From NCBI GenBank assembly GCA_913052135.1, contig CAJXDY010000007.1:4141-68140 (forward strand): DNA of 64,000 nucleotides. Direction: 5' to 3'. Below, in pieces: positions 1 to 9,238 of this stretch; position 1 is the first letter of the stretch; each line of letters starts with the position of its first letter. The notes beneath the pieces were generated by a model. That model was given only the letters and a program-made list of their open reading frames with translations. It was not told the DNA's origin and did not search any database. The position numbers were made by a program, and so were the translations under genes. The stretch is from an uncultured Acidobacteriota bacterium. Lineage in GTDB: Bacteria > Acidobacteriota > Vicinamibacteria > Vicinamibacterales > UBA823.

Positions 1-490
1 GCCCGAGCCATTGGTCGAAGCCATGTGCCGTTGGTAACGATTCAGCAAGATGCCCGAGATGCCACTTGCCATAGATTCCTGTAACGTAATCGAGGTCTCT
101 AAGGGCTTCGGCCAATGTGATTTCGTCATCAGGAAATCCCTGTGGCGCGTCTGGAAAAAGCACCCGTGTTCTCTCAGTGGTGCCGTACATACCACTTCGC
201 ATTGGCAGTCGTCCGGTTAACAGCGCAGCGCGACTGGGCGAACACACAGGTGCGGCGACATAGAAATTCGTCCACTTTTGACCTTCCATAGCCATACGGT
301 CGAGATTAGTAGTCCGGATAGTGGGATGGCCGTAGTTACCAATGTCGCCGTACCCTAAGTCGTCGGCAAAAAGTACAACGATGTTAGGGGGTCGATTGTC
401 TACGGTTACGATTTCTCTCGGGGCTTCGCCGCACTGGGCGAACAGCATGCTGCTTACGATTACTAATCCAAGTATTCCGTTACGCTTCAC
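1..490 (-). CDS. Arylsulfatase-type sulfatase, N-terminal part (gene runs off the window start)
   Basis: Minus-strand translation from GTG at 490 gives a signal-like N-terminus (VKRNGILGLVIVSSMLFAQ...). It continues with NIVVLFADDLGYGDIG, the formylglycine motif C-S-P-S-R (AAPVCSPSRAALLTGR) and GKWHLG. The ORF is absent from the track because it is truncated by the window edge. Confidence 0.85.
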   Translation of the reverse strand, partial: MKRNGILGLVIVSSMLFAQCGEAPREIVTVDNRPPNIVVLFADDLGYGDIGNYGHPTIRTTNLDRMAMEGQKWTNFYVAAPVCSPSRAALLTGRLPMRSGMYGTTERTRVLFPDAPQGFPDDEITLAEALRDLDYVTGIYGKWHLGHLAESLPTAHGFDQWLG

Positions 491-624
491 GTCTCAGCCT
501 CTCTGCTTATACGCTCTAACCGATGTTAAAGACTGATTATAACGCGGCTCTCAACCCGTGCTACTCTCTAGTCCGCAGTTGAGGACTCCAGATGTTCATT
601 GCGCCATCTTAATCCACCTGAATT

Positions 625-2028
625 GTGCTGTTCATGATCCTCTCTCAATCCCAGCCTCAAGATTTCGTCGACGAAGCGTCAGCATCACAGGACGTTGGCT
701 TTAAGCGAGAGCTAACCTTGTACGACGCGTTAATGATTAATGTGGGCACGACTTCAGCCTCAGCCATTTTTATCGTACCGGCGATCGTCTTGGCCACCAC
801 AGGAACAGCGTTCATGTCGAGCCTTGTTTGGATCGTGGCAGGCGGGCTTTCGTGGTGTGGTGCCGTTACCTTTTCCGAGTTGGCGGTCATGTACCCACGC
901 GCGGGTGGACAGTACGTCTATCTCAAGCAGGCCTATTCTCGGTTCTGGGGATTTCTTTACGGTTGGACCCTTTTTAGTGTCATCCAGACGGCCTCAATCG
1001 CTGCTGCTACCGTGGCGCTGATGACGTATTTGGCTTACTTCATACCCATGAGTGCAACCACGACTAAGGTGGGTTCCATTGGGTTAATCATGGGGTTGAC
1101 GATTTGGAACTGCATCGCCGTTCGCACGAGCGCAAACCTACAGAATCGTACAACGGTCATTAAGTTGTTGACGATTGTTGCTATCGCACTGATTTGCTTT
1201 CTGTTTGGGGGAGACGGTCTAGCGGCGTTTCAGGAGATGGTTCCGAAGGGCCCAGCCACACGGACAGTTGCCGGTTTCGGTGCAGCGATGGTGGCAGCGC
1301 TTTGGGCCTTTGATGGTTGGGCCACGGTGACCTTTGTCAGCGGTGAGGTGCGGAATCCCGATCGTGTGTTACCACGCGCCTTAACCTTTTCTGTAATTGG
1401 TCTGATTATCATTTACCTACTTGTCACCAACGCGTTCATCTATGCGCTTCCTGCAACAGATATGATGGTGTCCAATCGCATTGCAGCCGACGCGGTTGAG
1501 CACGTAACGGGTCCCATCGGTGGTGGCCTTGTTGCCTTCGCAGTAATCGTGTCCTGCATTGCTGCCGTGAATGGTTTAATCTTCACCGCTGCGCGGGTCT
1601 ATTTTGCAATGGCTCGTGATGGCGTCTTTTTTTCTTGGGCCGCGAAATTAAGCGATCGGAAGGTTCCGGTTAATGCCATTCTGGCTCAAGGCGTCTGGGC
1701 AAGCGCACTAACGTTGACCGGCCGGTACGATCAGCTGTTTACTTACGTGGTCTTTACCTCTTGGGTAGCCTATTTATTTGGTGCGGTGGCAGTGATGGTG
1801 CTTCGACAAAAAAATCCAGGTCGCTTAAGGCCGTATCGTGCGTTCGGCTACCCGTATATCACGGCATTCTTCGGAGTGGCGGCTTGGGCTCTTCTCCTCG
1901 AAGTCTTATGGCACAATCCTCGGGATTCGGTAATCGGTCTTAGTATTGTGCTGCTGGGTGTCCCGCTCTATTACTACTGGAAGCGTCGCTCGAAGAATAT
2001 TGACACAGCCGACTCATCTTTCGGCTGA
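625..2028 (+). CDS. APC-superfamily amino acid permease
   Basis: 467-aa ORF with about 12 hydrophobic segments. The LTLYDALMINVGTTSASAIFIVP and GGQYVYL blocks are typical of amino acid/polyamine APC transporters. GTG start. Confidence 0.85.
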   Translation: MLFMILSQSQPQDFVDEASASQDVGFKRELTLYDALMINVGTTSASAIFIVPAIVLATTGTAFMSSLVWIVAGGLSWCGAVTFSELAVMYPRAGGQYVYLKQAYSRFWGFLYGWTLFSVIQTASIAAATVALMTYLAYFIPMSATTTKVGSIGLIMGLTIWNCIAVRTSANLQNRTTVIKLLTIVAIALICFLFGGDGLAAFQEMVPKGPATRTVAGFGAAMVAALWAFDGWATVTFVSGEVRNPDRVLPRALTFSVIGLIIIYLLVTNAFIYALPATDMMVSNRIAADAVEHVTGPIGGGLVAFAVIVSCIAAVNGLIFTAARVYFAMARDGVFFSWAAKLSDRKVPVNAILAQGVWASALTLTGRYDQLFTYVVFTSWVAYLFGAVAVMVLRQKNPGRLRPYRAFGYPYITAFFGVAAWALLLEVLWHNPRDSVIGLSIVLLGVPLYYYWKRRSKNIDTADSSFG

Positions 2029-2085
2029 CCGTTGTCAATTCCGCTCGCAACACTGGTCGCGTCAAAAAGGTAGGCATCATACGGA

Positions 2086-4386
2086 CTAAAATCTTAACAG
2101 CCGAGTGAATTTAATGACGAATGAGCGGTTTTGTAACTTGGTCTTCCAACGCGAATAGCCCTCAAGCCCGGTGTCTCGACCGTCGCTGTATACGAAGAAG
2201 AGATCGCTTCCAGGTTGGTACTCCCATCGAAAGCGAATGTTCGTATCCAGCGACTCACTATTCGAATTAAATTGCAAAAGCGCTGCCAGGAACATGCGTG
2301 GGGAGACTGTAAAGCTGGTACGCGCACCAACTAAAGTTGTAACGAAGGAACCTTGGGTCACGTCGACGTCGCTGATCGAGATACGGGGCTCGATGGCAAA
2401 TTGTGGTGTGATGACGACACGACCTTGGTAGCCCACGTCGTTCCGCGTGCCGTCATAAAACGTGCCACGTGTTAAAAAGAGCCTGCCTGAAACACGTCGC
2501 TGTGAACCAAAGTCATACTCGGTTCGGATGTGACCAAAGTTGTAACCGCCGACGGGCAGGATGACGTCGGAGGTAAGTTTAAACTCTTTTGGCAACCCTT
2601 CGAATGAATCTGTGTACTCGACGAACCATTTGTCGCTGTTTTCAAGTTCCATCTCTAATCGCAGTTTGCTCTCGCGGGTTTCAAGAACCCCCGTCATGTC
2701 AGTGATGTAATCGAAGCTGCCTTGATAAATCATTCGTCGCAGCCAGGGAATTGAGCGGGGGCGAGGACTAAAGCGGAACTGGGCGAAGTTTCGCCGGAAG
2801 TTGTCACGCCGCACGAATCCGATCTCAGGGTTAAAATTCTTGCCCACCGTAAGATGCTCGGCTTGGACTCCGTAACGGTCACCGGTGTAGTCGAACTTGC
2901 TCTGGTAGCTCGCATTAGACCCCTCAAGGTTTGGCGTGTGGGTCTGAGCGTAATAGTTTGTGAAGTTGATGTTTTCGTAGAAGCGGAGAGTTAAATCAGC
3001 ACCATACACCTGATTGATTCCCACACCTTCGGTTAGCTGGTTTCGCCGTGTGTAGATCACGCCAAAATTACTGCGGCGCAGCATGTCACGCTTCACCCGA
3101 ACCACGGAAAAATTCGTCGAGAGCGTGTCGGCACTAGCCGAGTCGCCGGTCTGAATGTTGAGGAGCCCAATTGAATATGGACCAGCTCGGCCAGTCACGC
3201 GTCCACCGGCGCGGATCGGGACTTCGTTTCCATCTTCAAGGCCAATCCGCCGACTAAAAAACAGCACTGGAGTATCACTTGGAGGTCCACTCCAATTGAC
3301 CACGCCCGTGTCAGCAAACGCAAAAATTCCCTGACCTTCGAGGAAAAATTCCCGCTTTTCTGGAAAGAAAAGGCTGAAGCGGGTCAGATTTACCTGTTGT
3401 TCATCAGCTTCGACCTGCGCGAAATCGGTATTCACCGTAAAGTCAGCGATGAGACTACGGGTAAGCCCGTACTTAAGATCAATCCCGACTTCACCTGTAA
3501 GGTCATTCGACCTGATTGGTGTCACTTTGTTGTTGGTGAAAGCTCCGGAAATTGCGTACGGCTTTATCTCAAGATTCCTGATGGTAGTGGGAGGTTCAAT
3601 GCCAACCAGTGTCGCGGCGGCCGACACTTGCATCATGCCACGATACCCGAGGGACGCTGGAACAGGGCTCAGGAACGAAGATTCGTTCTTCCATTGGACC
3701 CGGCGAGAGACGTTGATGCCCCAGGTTTGTTCACCGCCGCCAGCCTTGAAACGTAGTGACTTGAATGGAAACATCATCTCAACCATCCATCCTTGTTCAA
3801 AAAGGCTGGTCTGGACCTCCCACACAGTGTTCCAGTCAAGGTTCACGGTACTTTCATCGGTGATGAGGTTATCCATCAAGCCGCCGAGTGGATTCGTGGA
3901 AAAGCTCATCCCGTTCCGCCCATCATGGAAGGTGTCGAAGATGACTGACAAAAGTTCGTTGCGCCACATCGCCCGTGCGTCTCGTGTCATTTCGTTGGCT
4001 ATCATTCGATCCGGTTGACTGTCCCAGCAGCGCGCTGATAGATAAATGTTGTTCTCATCAAACAGAATCCAGATTTCCGTCCGTTCGGTGGGGGCCGCCC
4101 CTTCATCTGGCAATTGCTGGATGAACTTGTCGATCGCTGGCACAGCCTGGTAGATCGGATCATCGAGTTGACCGTCCACAACAATCGGGGTTGAGATCCG
4201 TACTGCGCGGACTGTCACGTGCCCGTCGGCGTCTTGCTCATATACTGTGACTGCGGGTGTTAGAGGCAAGGCGCGTGCTTGGTTGCTTTCCACCTGGTCA
4301 ACTTGTGCCGTGACTGGCACGCTAACCGTGAAGAGCGACACGACGACCAGCGCCTGAAGTGCTGTTATGAACTGCGGTTGCTTCAT
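2086..4386 (-). CDS. CBM9-like / DUF5916-type outer-membrane protein
   Basis: Signal peptide (MKQPQFITALQALVVVSLFTVSVPVTAQ) followed by a CBM9/DOMON-like block (VVDGQLDDPIYQ...WILFDENNIYLSARCWD). A long beta-rich region ends in ...KFTRLLRF, a C-terminal Phe as in OMP beta-signals. Start set at ATG 4386, which overlaps the upstream stop as ATGA. Confidence 0.7.
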   Translation of the reverse strand: MKQPQFITALQALVVVSLFTVSVPVTAQVDQVESNQARALPLTPAVTVYEQDADGHVTVRAVRISTPIVVDGQLDDPIYQAVPAIDKFIQQLPDEGAAPTERTEIWILFDENNIYLSARCWDSQPDRMIANEMTRDARAMWRNELLSVIFDTFHDGRNGMSFSTNPLGGLMDNLITDESTVNLDWNTVWEVQTSLFEQGWMVEMMFPFKSLRFKAGGGEQTWGINVSRRVQWKNESSFLSPVPASLGYRGMMQVSAAATLVGIEPPTTIRNLEIKPYAISGAFTNNKVTPIRSNDLTGEVGIDLKYGLTRSLIADFTVNTDFAQVEADEQQVNLTRFSLFFPEKREFFLEGQGIFAFADTGVVNWSGPPSDTPVLFFSRRIGLEDGNEVPIRAGGRVTGRAGPYSIGLLNIQTGDSASADTLSTNFSVVRVKRDMLRRSNFGVIYTRRNQLTEGVGINQVYGADLTLRFYENINFTNYYAQTHTPNLEGSNASYQSKFDYTGDRYGVQAEHLTVGKNFNPEIGFVRRDNFRRNFAQFRFSPRPRSIPWLRRMIYQGSFDYITDMTGVLETRESKLRLEMELENSDKWFVEYTDSFEGLPKEFKLTSDVILPVGGYNFGHIRTEYDFGSQRRVSGRLFLTRGTFYDGTRNDVGYQGRVVITPQFAIEPRISISDVDVTQGSFVTTLVGARTSFTVSPRMFLAALLQFNSNSESLDTNIRFRWEYQPGSDLFFVYSDGRDTGLEGYSRWKTKLQNRSFVIKFTRLLRF

Positions 4387-6056
4387 TCCGAACCCGTCCA
4401 CCCTGGACCGCGCACGACTCGACCCGGCATAGCGCCAGTGTGGTCACCGTCCGCTAGGACGCGCGTGCCATTCACCCAGACATGGTGCATGCCTGTCGCG
4501 TACTGGTGCGGTTCTTCGTAGGTCGCATGATCCTGAATCGCAGTGGGGTCGAAGACTACGATGTCCGCGAAGTACCCTGGCGACAACTGCCCACGTCCTT
4601 GAATTCGAAGGTTACTTGCAGGGAATGACGTCAATTTTCGGATTGCTTCTTCCAAGGAGATAACCTTTTCATCGCGTACGTACTTGCCAAGTAAACGTGC
4701 GAAATTACCGTACGCGCGAGGATGGGTGCTGTTATTGAGGAAGACGCCCTCCGGTGCCATAGACCCTGCGTCTGAAGAGAAACTCACCCACGGCAGTTTG
4801 AGTTGCTGCTTAATGTTTTCTTCTGACATCAGAAAATACACCACTTGGACGCGACTCCCGTCTTCAATAACGAGATCCATAATGGTGTCCGGTATCGACG
4901 TCCCGCGTTGCTCAGCCACGTCTGCGAGCGTCTGGCCCGTGTATTCCCGCAACGCTGGATTCTTGAACTCCACTAGGAGGGTTCCCTCACTGCCTGCAGC
5001 CAACATGAGGTTTTCCCATTCGTTAGTCGTCGTCGTGATCTCGTAGCGCATCCGTTCGCGGATTGCTGGATCTTGCAGCCGTTCAGCCCATGCGTCGTAA
5101 CCACCTTCCTGCACCCAGGGTGGCATCGCAGCATCGAGGCCAGTCGAACCAGCCGTATAGTTGTACATGTCGGCCGTAATCTCTAATCCTTGCGTTCGAG
5201 CAGCCTCAATTTTTGAGATGGCTGTGTCGAGTTTGTCCCAATTCGCTTCCCCAGCGGCTTTCAAGTGATAGATTTCAGATCGAATACCAGCTTCTCTGGC
5301 AATCATTAGTAATTCGTCGATGGATTCCAATAGAGCGTTTCCCTCACTACGCATATGGGAGATGTACATTCCGTCATACTCGGCAGCGACTTTCGATAAT
5401 TCGATTAACTCGCCAGTTTGTGCGTAGAAGGCCGGAGCATAGATAAGCGAGGACCCGATACCGAGGGCACCTTCTTCCATTGCTTGCCGCACCAGAGCAC
5501 GCATGCGGTCGAGTTCCTCGTCTGTGGGTGGTCGGTCGTCGTACCCGACCTCATGGATTCGGAGAGTCGTGGCCCCGACAAACGACGCCACGTTTGTTGA
5601 GATACCCTTCTTGACTAAGTATTGTAAGTACTCACCGAGCGTCGTCCATTCAATGTCGAAGGTGATATCACCCTGACTTGCGACTTCGCCGCGCTTCATT
5701 TGGTCGTTGAGTGGTCCACCAGAAGTGCCCTCACCGAACACTTCAAGTGTCACGCCCTGTCGAATGTCGCTCTGCGATCGTCCATCCTCAATAAGTCGAT
5801 CACCTGCCCAACTAAGCATATTAATGAAACCAGGTGCGACAATTAGATTTGCCGCGTCAACTTCAAGCGCACCGCGTGCGTCACCAAGGTCCCCCACGGC
5901 AGTAATTTGATCATCGTCGACAGCAAGATCACCAACATATGCCTGCTTACCAGTGCCATCTACGATAGTACCGTTGCGGATGATGAGGTCGTGCTCGGGC
6001 GCGGAGGTGCACGCACCAATGATGACAAACGGCAAAAGAGCTAGAAAGCGATACAA
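4383..6056 (-). CDS. N-acyl-D-amino-acid deacylase (D-aminoacylase) family amidohydrolase, predicted lipoprotein
   Basis: The leader has a lipobox-like I-G-A-C (LLPFVIIGAC). The DLIIRNGTIVDGTG...VGDLAVDDDQI N-terminus and the length match D-aminoacylase-type amidohydrolases. TTG start with AAGGAA about 8 nt upstream. Confidence 0.8.
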   Translation of the reverse strand: MYRFLALLPFVIIGACTSAPEHDLIIRNGTIVDGTGKQAYVGDLAVDDDQITAVGDLGDARGALEVDAANLIVAPGFINMLSWAGDRLIEDGRSQSDIRQGVTLEVFGEGTSGGPLNDQMKRGEVASQGDITFDIEWTTLGEYLQYLVKKGISTNVASFVGATTLRIHEVGYDDRPPTDEELDRMRALVRQAMEEGALGIGSSLIYAPAFYAQTGELIELSKVAAEYDGMYISHMRSEGNALLESIDELLMIAREAGIRSEIYHLKAAGEANWDKLDTAISKIEAARTQGLEITADMYNYTAGSTGLDAAMPPWVQEGGYDAWAERLQDPAIRERMRYEITTTTNEWENLMLAAGSEGTLLVEFKNPALREYTGQTLADVAEQRGTSIPDTIMDLVIEDGSRVQVVYFLMSEENIKQQLKLPWVSFSSDAGSMAPEGVFLNNSTHPRAYGNFARLLGKYVRDEKVISLEEAIRKLTSFPASNLRIQGRGQLSPGYFADIVVFDPTAIQDHATYEEPHQYATGMHHVWVNGTRVLADGDHTGAMPGRVVRGPGWTGSE

Positions 6057-6071
6057 CAGGATTCCTTGTGA

Positions 6072-7112
6072 TTAATCTTCAGATAGTTTCAGCAACTCGA
6101 CGGCATTGGCGCGGTAAATCTTGTCGCGATCCATTTCGCTTATGTCGAGCTCGTCTATAATCTTGATTGTTTCCCGGATGTACATTGGTCCTTTCTCGGG
6201 GTCGAATGGCGCATCTGATGCAAAGAGCACCTTGTCCACACCGAAAAAATCGAGTCCGCATATTGTGGCCGCGCGGGAACCGAAGACGGCTGTATCGGCA
6301 TTAAACATATGAAAGTAGTCGATTGGCCGTTTCTTCAACCGTTGGAGTACTTTGCCTAGGTCCTCGTCCGAAGTGCGACTGCCAAGTTGATCCCAGCCAG
6401 GTCCAACCCGGCCTTCAAAGTATGGCACCATGCCGCCCATATGATGCGTCACGATTTTCAGTGCTGGATACTCATCGAACAGTCCCTCGAAGACCAACCG
6501 TGCCATCATGGCACTTGTTTCATACGGCCAACCAAACGTCCACCAAATTTCGTACTCTGACTTTGTTTCACTTAAATAATCTGGAAATTGTGCTCCTCGT
6601 GCTGGATGCACCCAGATGGGAAGGTCATACTCAGCCATAGCCCCAAACAGTGGCCTAAACTCCTGAGAACTCAATGGTTTACCCAAGACGTTCGTGAACA
6701 TCTGGATGCCGCAGGCGCCGAGTTTAGTGATAGCCCGTTGCGTTTCGTTTAGAGCTGCCTCGGGAGCGTTCATGGGCAATGAGGCCACAAAACTTGGAAA
6801 ACGATCTGGGTGCTTCTGCACGAGTTCAGCCATACCGTCATTTGCTGCTTTAGCTAACTCGATTGCAACGTTCGGTCCGCCGAGCATTTCGAGTGCTGGC
6901 GATGCTAATGACAACACTTGCCGGTAGTCCTCCCCAAACTGGTCCATGACACGAAAACGCTCGTCTAGATCCGCGAGCATCGGCACGCCACGCACACGTT
7001 TGCCAATATCCTTGTGGTCGCCAGCTACCTTCATCATCAACTTATGAAAGGATTTTGGAAAAATATGGTTAAAGATATCGATTTTCTGCATAGATCTTTC
7101 GCTTCCGTTCAC
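6072..7112 (-). CDS. Amidohydrolase_2 (ACMSD / decarboxylase-hydratase) family protein
   Basis: KIDIFNHIFP N-terminus, WVHPARG, VTHHMGG and FASDAPF blocks fit the PF04909-type fold. The N-terminal motif reads F-N-H where H-x-H (or D/E-x-H) metal ligands are usual. The start could instead be the ATG at 7091 (MQKIDIF). Confidence 0.75.
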   Translation of the reverse strand: MNGSERSMQKIDIFNHIFPKSFHKLMMKVAGDHKDIGKRVRGVPMLADLDERFRVMDQFGEDYRQVLSLASPALEMLGGPNVAIELAKAANDGMAELVQKHPDRFPSFVASLPMNAPEAALNETQRAITKLGACGIQMFTNVLGKPLSSQEFRPLFGAMAEYDLPIWVHPARGAQFPDYLSETKSEYEIWWTFGWPYETSAMMARLVFEGLFDEYPALKIVTHHMGGMVPYFEGRVGPGWDQLGSRTSDEDLGKVLQRLKKRPIDYFHMFNADTAVFGSRAATICGLDFFGVDKVLFASDAPFDPEKGPMYIRETIKIIDELDISEMDRDKIYRANAVELLKLSED

Positions 7113-7729
7113 TTCCAGCCGTAGACGTCAAGCGTTGTTCGGCCGGATTGCAATTCTTGCACGATTAACTTTTCTTTAGTTTCCCGTTGCTCGGCTGCCA
7201 CAAGAACATCAGCCATCTTTTTGGCAGCAATGACGACCACACCATCAGCATCGCCCACCACAAGATCGCCTGGTTCAATCGATACTCCACCGATTGTTAT
7301 CCGTTCGTTGATGGCCCCAGGAGCCTTGGCCTGCTTTTTCGTGCCTTGAATACACAAGCCGCGTGCCCACACCGAGAAACCAGAGGCCTCTAAGTCTAGC
7401 CTGTCACGCACGCAACCATCGATGACGAGGCCACCTAATTGTTGTGCCACGGCGGCGGCGGTCATGACACCACCCCAATACCCGAATTCATATGCGCCGC
7501 AAACGTCGACCACCAGGACATCACCCTTTGACGCAGCTGCAAGGCCCCTGTGTAACCACAGGTTATCACCCGGAGCTGCCTGGATTGTTACAGCTGGTCC
7601 ACACAGCCGAGCTTCTTTCACGATTGGTGCGATCGCAGAAGGCAGTGCCCCGATTTGGCCGGCTGCTTCGTGCAACGTCGCTGTTCCAAGACTTGCGGCA
7701 ATCGTAACGAGTGCTTGATTTTCCATCAC
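7109..7729 (-). CDS. RraA / HMG-CHA aldolase-fold protein (paralogue 1 of 3)
   Basis: TATLHEA..., GDVLVVD, GGVMTAAA and VIDGCVRD blocks are characteristic of the RraA/class II aldolase fold. There are 4-nt overlaps with both neighbouring genes. Confidence 0.8.
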   Translation of the reverse strand: MMENQALVTIAASLGTATLHEAAGQIGALPSAIAPIVKEARLCGPAVTIQAAPGDNLWLHRGLAAASKGDVLVVDVCGAYEFGYWGGVMTAAAVAQQLGGLVIDGCVRDRLDLEASGFSVWARGLCIQGTKKQAKAPGAINERITIGGVSIEPGDLVVGDADGVVVIAAKKMADVLVAAEQRETKEKLIVQELQSGRTTLDVYGWK

Positions 7730-8394
7730 GATTTCGTTTGGTGGCGTTGTAAATCGAAGTATTTGAACTGCTGACGAGCTTGATCGAGGCGCATACCGTC
7801 CTCGACCGCCTTCCGGATCCGATTCTCAGCTGTTTCAATATCCTGCGCAAGCGCTATCACCTCAGCCGCCCGTTCTTCAGGCACTGCAACGACACCGTCA
7901 GCATCGCCCAGCAATAAGTCGCTAGGTTTCACGTTAGCGCTACCGATCGACACTGGCACCTGAAGCGCTTCAAGTTGGACTCGATCTTTCCCGGTACGCA
8001 TTGACCAACCGCGACTAAAGATTGGGTACTTGAGTTGCAAGCTCAGCGCTATGTCACGACAGTGGCCGTCAATCACAGTCCCGCCGACGCCGCGGCGGTT
8101 TGAGACGAACGTTAGAATATCTCCCCACACTGTTGCGTCCGGTCGGCCAGCATTGTCAATTACCACCACATGACCTTCGGGGACATCGTCGATGTAATCA
8201 CCTACAGTGCCTGGGTCGGCTGTCACTGGAATTGTCCGCATGGTAAAGGCTCGGCCGCATAGCCGAAAGCTTGGGTCGAGTGGTTTAATACCTAGACATT
8301 GTCCGCCAATACCAAGTCGATCCAGTGCATCACTCACTGTTGTCGTTGACAATTGCTGAAGTTGCTCTACATGCTCATCTTGCACGGGACTCAC
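7726..8394 (-). CDS. RraA / HMG-CHA aldolase-fold protein (paralogue 2 of 3)
   Basis: LSTTTVSDALDRLGI, GHVVVIDN, VWGDILT and VIDGHCRD blocks. 4-nt overlaps on both sides. Confidence 0.8.
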   Translation of the reverse strand: MSPVQDEHVEQLQQLSTTTVSDALDRLGIGGQCLGIKPLDPSFRLCGRAFTMRTIPVTADPGTVGDYIDDVPEGHVVVIDNAGRPDATVWGDILTFVSNRRGVGGTVIDGHCRDIALSLQLKYPIFSRGWSMRTGKDRVQLEALQVPVSIGSANVKPSDLLLGDADGVVAVPEERAAEVIALAQDIETAENRIRKAVEDGMRLDQARQQFKYFDLQRHQTKS

Positions 8395-9131
8395 TCCTTT
8401 GAAGACCTGTCGCGCTCTAACATCGCTTCATAGTTGGCGCCCATCACCTCGCTTACGGATGTTCCTGAACGAACTGCTGCGGTTAGCCTCGCTTCACGCG
8501 CAGCAATCTCCTCGGCAGTTTCTAAGACCAGTTCGATCCGATCGCTGGAAATAAACACTACCCCGCTCCCATCAGCAATCACTAGATCGCCAGGCTCTAC
8601 CTGAATGTTGTCGATGGTGATTGGTTCATTCCAGGCGTGTTCGGCCACACGCCCACGAGCTGTAAACGGGACGACCGATCGGGCGAACACCGGGTAGTCA
8701 AGGTCGCGACTGTCGTCGACGTCGCGTACGGGACCGTCCACGATGGTACCAGCTATCTTCCGCACAGACGCTGCAGTCGAGAGCAAACCACCCCAGCCAG
8801 CGGCATCTGGGCGCACACGGTTTTCGACGACGATGACATTATCAGCACCAGCTGCATCGATAGCTGCCGTGCACAGATGGCGTGTTGGCAAGTCTGCGTG
8901 GGCTGGCCCGAGCCGCACCGTAACTATTTGGCCGGCGATTCGCCGCGTCGTGGACACTGGCCGTAAGGCAATCACCGTTCCGGAAAGCTGGAGACGATCA
9001 AGAGCGTCCGATACCGCACACGTATCGAGCGTTCTAAGGCGAGCGATGAGGGTCTTGTTTGTATCGGTCATGAGCGTAATCAACTGGACTCTTGACTCGT
9101 GGCTCCGCACACGGTGGCGGGGAGATTTCAC
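8391..9131 (-). CDS. RraA / HMG-CHA aldolase-fold protein (paralogue 3 of 3)
   Basis: LDTCAVSDALDRLQL, NVIVVEN, GWGGLLS and IVDGPVRD blocks. The start is uncertain: GTG 9131 as in the ORF track, or ATG 9071 (MTDTNKTLIARL). Confidence 0.75.
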   Translation of the reverse strand: MKSPRHRVRSHESRVQLITLMTDTNKTLIARLRTLDTCAVSDALDRLQLSGTVIALRPVSTTRRIAGQIVTVRLGPAHADLPTRHLCTAAIDAAGADNVIVVENRVRPDAAGWGGLLSTAASVRKIAGTIVDGPVRDVDDSRDLDYPVFARSVVPFTARGRVAEHAWNEPITIDNIQVEPGDLVIADGSGVVFISSDRIELVLETAEEIAAREARLTAAVRSGTSVSEVMGANYEAMLERDRSSKE

Positions 9132-9143
9132 ATCCAGAGTCCA

Positions 9144-9172
9144 ATGATCATATCATTCTGTTTCGCAGAATG
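9144..9172. promoter_or_regulatory. Two adjacent inverted repeats in the divergent intergenic region (candidate operator)
   Basis: ATGAT-CAT-ATCAT (9144-9156) is followed directly by CATTCTG-TTTCG-CAGAATG (9154-9172). Both lie between the RraA operon start and the LigJ-like gene. No regulator gene is adjacent. Confidence 0.3.
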
Positions 9173-9238
9173 GACCGAGGTGGCTCAGTGACTCCGTTTG
9201 GTGAGAGTCACACTCAGGAAAAGGATTAGAGGAAACCC

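Noticed and set aside
342-536. 64-aa plus-strand ORF at the window start
   Set aside because: It lies antisense to the clearly recognisable sulfatase N-terminus (CSPSR motif on the minus strand). I treat it as a shadow ORF.
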